Positions 38,287-41,804 of a DNA stretch of 41,804 nucleotides are shown piece by piece (within the stretch, counting starts at the first letter, position 1; each line of letters opens with the position of its first letter). The DNA is from a virus (Duplodnaviria > Caudoviricetes), in the IMG/VR virus record IMGVR_UViG_3300022591_000022, positions 1 through 41,804 of that record. One strand, given 5' to 3'. Position numbers and translations under genes: made by a program. The notes under the pieces were generated by a model that worked only from the letters and a program-made list of their open reading frames with translations, was not told where the DNA came from and did no database searches.

Positions 38287-39246
38287 TTATCTACGACCAC
38301 GGAAAAGACTTGTAGTGCTTTGCTCGCCTCTTTGGCCGCCTAGGTCACCTGTACCTGCGCCAGCCATTCCACCTGGAGCACTGCCCTTTTTCTCAGCACC
38401 GTGTCCTGGCTCTTTTGTTTTGAAACCAGTCTTACCTGCGTTGCCGCCTGGTACGTTTACGTTGCCTTTTGCATCTGGATTATCTTGTACTTTACCTTTC
38501 TCAAGACCTGTACCTTTTAGTTGGCCTTGGTTTGCGTATGTAGCTTGATCTTCTTTAGTTTGAGCGATGTTAGCAGTTGTACCGCCCATATCGTTCTTCA
38601 TGTTGTCGATAACGCTCTTAGTGTTTTTACCACCTTGTTGATCGATACCTTTACCAGTACCTACCATAGCGCCTTCGCCGGAACCTTTCTTCTCAGCACC
38701 GTGACCTGCTGGAACTTTCTCAACATATTCACGAACTGTTGCTAGTTGTGGCTCACCAAAACCTTCTTCAGCTGGCTCTTCTTCACCACCCATTTCTTCT
38801 TCACCGCCACCTTTGATTGCATCAAACTTAGCTTGTAGTTCGTCTACAATGCTGTCTAGGTCTTGGAATAATTCTTCTTCGGACTTGTCTGCGAACTCGT
38901 TATCTTCTGGGCCCATTTCGCCTTCTAGATCGTCAGTTGCATCACCTTCTGGACCACCAAATGCTGGCTCTTCTTCTTCAGCTTCGTAAGCAACATCTTC
39001 GAAACCTTCGTCCATATCTTCGTCTGTAGACTCTTCAACATCTTCATCAGTTGCTTCTTCTACAGCTTCATCTGTTTCTTCAGAAGCTTCTTCAACTTCT
39101 TCGTCTTGAATTTCAGATTCAATTAAATCTTCGTAAATTTCACGAGATTTTGCAACTACATACTCGTGGAATAATTCTTCTGCTTTAGCTTGATCGTCAT
39201 TGACCAAGTGCTCTAGCATTTGTGCTAGAATGTTCTTATCTGCCAT
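38287..39246 (-). CDS. Acidic prohead core protein, gp67/gp68-like position (319 aa)
   Basis: Very acidic N-terminal half with VEEA repeats, Gly/Lys-rich C-terminal half; lies between portal and protease. Confidence 0.65.
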   Translation of the reverse strand: MADKNILAQMLEHLVNDDQAKAEELFHEYVVAKSREIYEDLIESEIQDEEVEEASEETDEAVEEATDEDVEESTDEDMDEGFEDVAYEAEEEEPAFGGPEGDATDDLEGEMGPEDNEFADKSEEELFQDLDSIVDELQAKFDAIKGGGEEEMGGEEEPAEEGFGEPQLATVREYVEKVPAGHGAEKKGSGEGAMVGTGKGIDQQGGKNTKSVIDNMKNDMGGTTANIAQTKEDQATYANQGQLKGTGLEKGKVQDNPDAKGNVNVPGGNAGKTGFKTKEPGHGAEKKGSAPGGMAGAGTGDLGGQRGEQSTTSLFRGRR

Positions 39247-39285
39247 GCTATATTCTCCTTAAAGATGGTTAGGCTGTCATCATTT

Positions 39286-39292
39286 TATTTAA
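39286..39292 (-). promoter_or_regulatory. T4-like late promoter (TTAAATA)
   Basis: Intergenic, upstream of the AAGGAG SD of the core-protease-scaffold-capsid operon. Confidence 0.65.
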
Positions 39293-39313
39293 CAGTAATA
39301 TTACAATTCGGTG

Positions 39314-39967
39314 TTAAATGGTACTTTTTTGATTGATTTCTTTAGAATATATAGTGCCAGGATATTTTTCTGCAAACTCATCGTAAGTTATATGTTTAAG
39401 ATTTAACATATCGTAATTTAACTTATCAGGAACAAATCCGCCTTCTGGTATAACTCTAAAAAACTGTACTCTTCTAAAATCTCTAATTGTTTTTTCTGTT
39501 TGTGCTAGCCAATTTCCGTGATAAGTTGCTACATCATCACTTCGTTTGTAGTTATATGTATCAGCGTACACGTTATTAAATTGACCGTTGATTCCTTCAA
39601 AATCAAAGCCAAAAATGAATATTTCCTTATGTCCTCGCTCAGACGCAAAGTTTAACGCTGTAGGGCCGCTACTCCATCCTTTGTGCGGATTAAAGTAGTT
39701 CAAATACTGCTTATCAGATATTCCTTTGTTAGGATTTGTCCATACGCTATGTGTTCTATGATAGCCTGCGGCAACTATTTCGTTGACCATTTTAACATCA
39801 ACAGCTATTAGATAATCGGGATCAAATTCTCTGTAAACTGCGTTACAGGCGTATACAGTACCGTGTTGTAACAGCGAAGGAGCATCTAAAACTAGTCTAC
39901 TTCTGCCGTTACCTAATACGAACGCTGGTTCATTCTGCGGGTTGTTCTGCTTCAACTGGAGTTCCAT
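39314..39967 (-). CDS. Maf/DUF115/sialyltransferase-like Rossmann-fold protein (start uncertain, 39967 or 39955)
   Basis: AFVLGNGRSR, VYACNAVYR, PDYLIAVD, SSGPTAL, IFIFGFD motifs. Confidence 0.65.
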   Translation of the reverse strand: MELQLKQNNPQNEPAFVLGNGRSRLVLDAPSLLQHGTVYACNAVYREFDPDYLIAVDVKMVNEIVAAGYHRTHSVWTNPNKGISDKQYLNYFNPHKGWSSGPTALNFASERGHKEIFIFGFDFEGINGQFNNVYADTYNYKRSDDVATYHGNWLAQTEKTIRDFRRVQFFRVIPEGGFVPDKLNYDMLNLKHITYDEFAEKYPGTIYSKEINQKSTI

Positions 39968-40178
39968 ACATCTGTCTAATAAATTCTGATTCTGATTTTG
40001 CTTCAAAATCATGTGCTTCACTTTGCTGACGCAGTTGATTGATTTGACGTAATGTTAGTCGCAGTTTACGTGTGTCTGATTTTTTAACCACAGAGTTGTC
40101 TTTGGCATTATCGTATCGAAGATCGACGCCAAAATCGTTGGTACTATCATTAAAATAAAAGAATTCACGTAGGAGCAT
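39930..40178 (-). CDS. Small head-associated hypothetical protein (82 aa, MLLREFF...)
   Basis: Start reassigned to the ATG at 40178, after the portal stop and 4 nt after ATAAATA. Confidence 0.7.
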   Translation of the reverse strand: MLLREFFYFNDSTNDFGVDLRYDNAKDNSVVKKSDTRKLRLTLRQINQLRQQSEAHDFEAKSESEFIRQMYGTPVEAEQPAE

Positions 40179-40182
40179 AAGG

Positions 40183-40189
40183 TATTTAT
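40183..40189 (-). promoter_or_regulatory. T4-like late promoter (ATAAATA)
   Basis: In the 13-nt gap between the portal stop and the ATG at 40178. Confidence 0.7.
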
Positions 40190-40191
40190 CT

Positions 40192-41804
40192 TTATGCGGC
40201 AGGAGGTGGTGATACAGGAGCAGGTGCTTGTCCTTCTGCACCAGCGGCTGCTTCTCCTCCGCCCTCGGCTGCGGCTGCCTGTGCCATATCAGCATCAGCT
40301 TCAGCATCTTGCCCAGCTTGTTCTGCGCCCATTGCGGACGGTGTAATTCCAATTCCACGCATCTGTCCAGAAGCGTCTGCAACTGGTTTTAGCTTATCGC
40401 TATTCTCTTCTCTCCACATTCGCTCGTTTTCTGTAATTTCTTCTTGTGTTAAACCTAAGAAGCGTTTCATTGCAAATCGCTTGCTTAAATGTGGAATTTC
40501 TTGAACCTGTGCAAAAGTAGCTACACGGGCTGTATCTAGTTCTGATTGTCTGTAGGCCGCAAAGTTTTGTGGAGTATTGAATCGCAATTCAAATAAACTG
40601 TTGTCAATGTTTACACCTTGCGAAACCATCCATACTTTAAATTCTAAGTCTAAAGTTGGTGTAATTAGGTTTTGTAAGCGTTTGCAGTATTCATTAAAAC
40701 GTAGTTCTTGAATATATGCTGTACCTACTTTTCCGTCAGCCATGGTGTTTGGTTGTTCGTCAATTGCTGTTGGCAAGTAACTAGCTGGAATTCTTAAAGC
40801 ACGGAATAACTTGTTAGTAAAATAACGTAAATCTGTAATTTCACCTAGGTTAGTACCGCCTGGTAGTGTTTCTACTTTAGATCCGCGACCTTCTGCTGTT
40901 TGCGGAAAGAAGTAGTCTTCGTTGACTGACAACGGGTTGTAACTAGCATCAATTAGATTAGATCCGCCGCCACTAGCACTTGGAATTCTGCGCTGTTGGA
41001 TTTCGTTTTTAACACGTTCTACGAATGCCATAGCCATGTGTGCTGGCATGTTACCCACGTCGACGTAGAAAATTCTGCGCTCCGGCGCACGTTGAATACG
41101 ATAGATAATAATCGCATCTTCTAATAATTCTTTTTGTTTGTAAACTTTAAAAACACTTTCTAGCAAACTGTTACCAAATGGAAAGTTTTGATCTAATCCT
41201 TCACTTAAACTAATGTGTACAATATGCTTTGCATCTACTGTAACTTCGTTTGTTTGATTGTGGAATCGTGTACCTGGAGGATTCGCTACACTTCCAACCA
41301 TGCCTCTACCAAACCCGCCACCAGTTGTATATGCTTGTGTGCCACTAGGTTGTGTATTATTTGTAGGATGAGGAGTTGCCGCAATTAAATTGACAAAGTT
41401 AAAGTTTATATCTTTAATAACGTATTGTTCAGGAGTTTTTCCTTCAGATTCGTTTACAATAATTTTAACCATCTTCTGTGGATCGATGTACAGAAGTTTT
41501 TTAGTTTCTGGATCACGTAAGAAAAAGCTGTCTCCGTATTTGAATGTGTTACGAACAATACGGAATGTGCGTGTGTCAAACTGTTGAGCTTTAGTCCACT
41601 TTTGTAGACTTTCTTTAATCAATTTAACTTCAGTTGCTGTAGGTGTTCCTCTAAAAAATACTTGGAACGGTGTATTATTTTCTTTATCTTTTTGTGTACA
41701 AAACTCAGCAAGAATATCTAAAGCCGCATTTACTTCAGAGTCAGTGTCCATTGTATCATATTGAATGTATCTTTCAAGACGATTTGGACTACCTGCATAT
41801 ACAT
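40192..41804 (-). CDS. gp20: Portal vertex protein, T4 gp20-like (5' end truncated by the window edge)
   Basis: LLEDAIIIYRIQRAPERRIFYVDVGNMP, EDYFFPQTAEGRGSKVETLPGG; frame stays open upstream of 41751 (VYAGSPNRLERYIQYDT) to the edge. Confidence 0.96.
   Translation of the reverse strand, partial: VYAGSPNRLERYIQYDTMDTDSEVNAALDILAEFCTQKDKENNTPFQVFFRGTPTATEVKLIKESLQKWTKAQQFDTRTFRIVRNTFKYGDSFFLRDPETKKLLYIDPQKMVKIIVNESEGKTPEQYVIKDINFNFVNLIAATPHPTNNTQPSGTQAYTTGGGFGRGMVGSVANPPGTRFHNQTNEVTVDAKHIVHISLSEGLDQNFPFGNSLLESVFKVYKQKELLEDAIIIYRIQRAPERRIFYVDVGNMPAHMAMAFVERVKNEIQQRRIPSASGGGSNLIDASYNPLSVNEDYFFPQTAEGRGSKVETLPGGTNLGEITDLRYFTNKLFRALRIPASYLPTAIDEQPNTMADGKVGTAYIQELRFNEYCKRLQNLITPTLDLEFKVWMVSQGVNIDNSLFELRFNTPQNFAAYRQSELDTARVATFAQVQEIPHLSKRFAMKRFLGLTQEEITENERMWREENSDKLKPVADASGQMRGIGITPSAMGAEQAGQDAEADADMAQAAAAEGGGEAAAGAEGQAPAPVSPPPAA

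Noticed and set aside
39270-39278. GACAGCCTA 9-mer shared with the leader at 7131-7139
   Set aside because: A single 9-mer match among several hundred intergenic bases is expected by chance
40179-40382. N-terminal extension of the 150-aa ORF
   Set aside because: It overlaps the portal C-terminus in another frame; the ATG at 40178 after the late promoter is the better start
2540-41587. Many short plus-strand and alternate-frame ORFs in the ORF track (e.g. 4376-4747, 17608-17979, 36558-37100, 13196-13681)
   Set aside because: They are shadows of long minus-strand genes with biased codon usage and show no recognisable motifs
1-41804. tRNA, rRNA, intron, intein or homing endonuclease
   Set aside because: No cloverleaf, intron-sized gap, intein motif or endonuclease motif was seen; intergenic gaps are all under about 125 nt

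Overview
A 41.8 kb segment of a large T4-like (myovirus-type) bacteriophage genome. It is almost all late/structural genes on the minus strand. From the right end: the T4-order head module (portal gp20, truncated by the window edge; a small protein; a Maf/GT-like protein; an acidic core protein; prohead protease gp21; scaffold gp22; major capsid gp23; UUCG terminator), then a run of fibre/adaptor virion proteins and two giant paralogous proteins (1852 and 3015 aa). Next come three tandem Gly-rich-domain paralogues with about 10% cysteine, a tail-assembly-chaperone-like gene, a GT9-like glycosyltransferase, a NodU/CmcH/TobZ carbamoyltransferase and a third giant protein (1957 aa). TAAATA late-promoter boxes recur in intergenic gaps. 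Three things stand out. (1) The Cys-rich fibre, glycosyltransferase and carbamoyltransferase cassette is a candidate virion-protein modification system. (2) Phycobiliprotein-like segments that keep the bilin-attachment-type C-x-R-D motif are inserted in the giant virion proteins. (3) Promoter-containing inverted repeats flank the two enzyme genes. All family calls come from motif recognition by eye; no database searches were run and the host cannot be determined.
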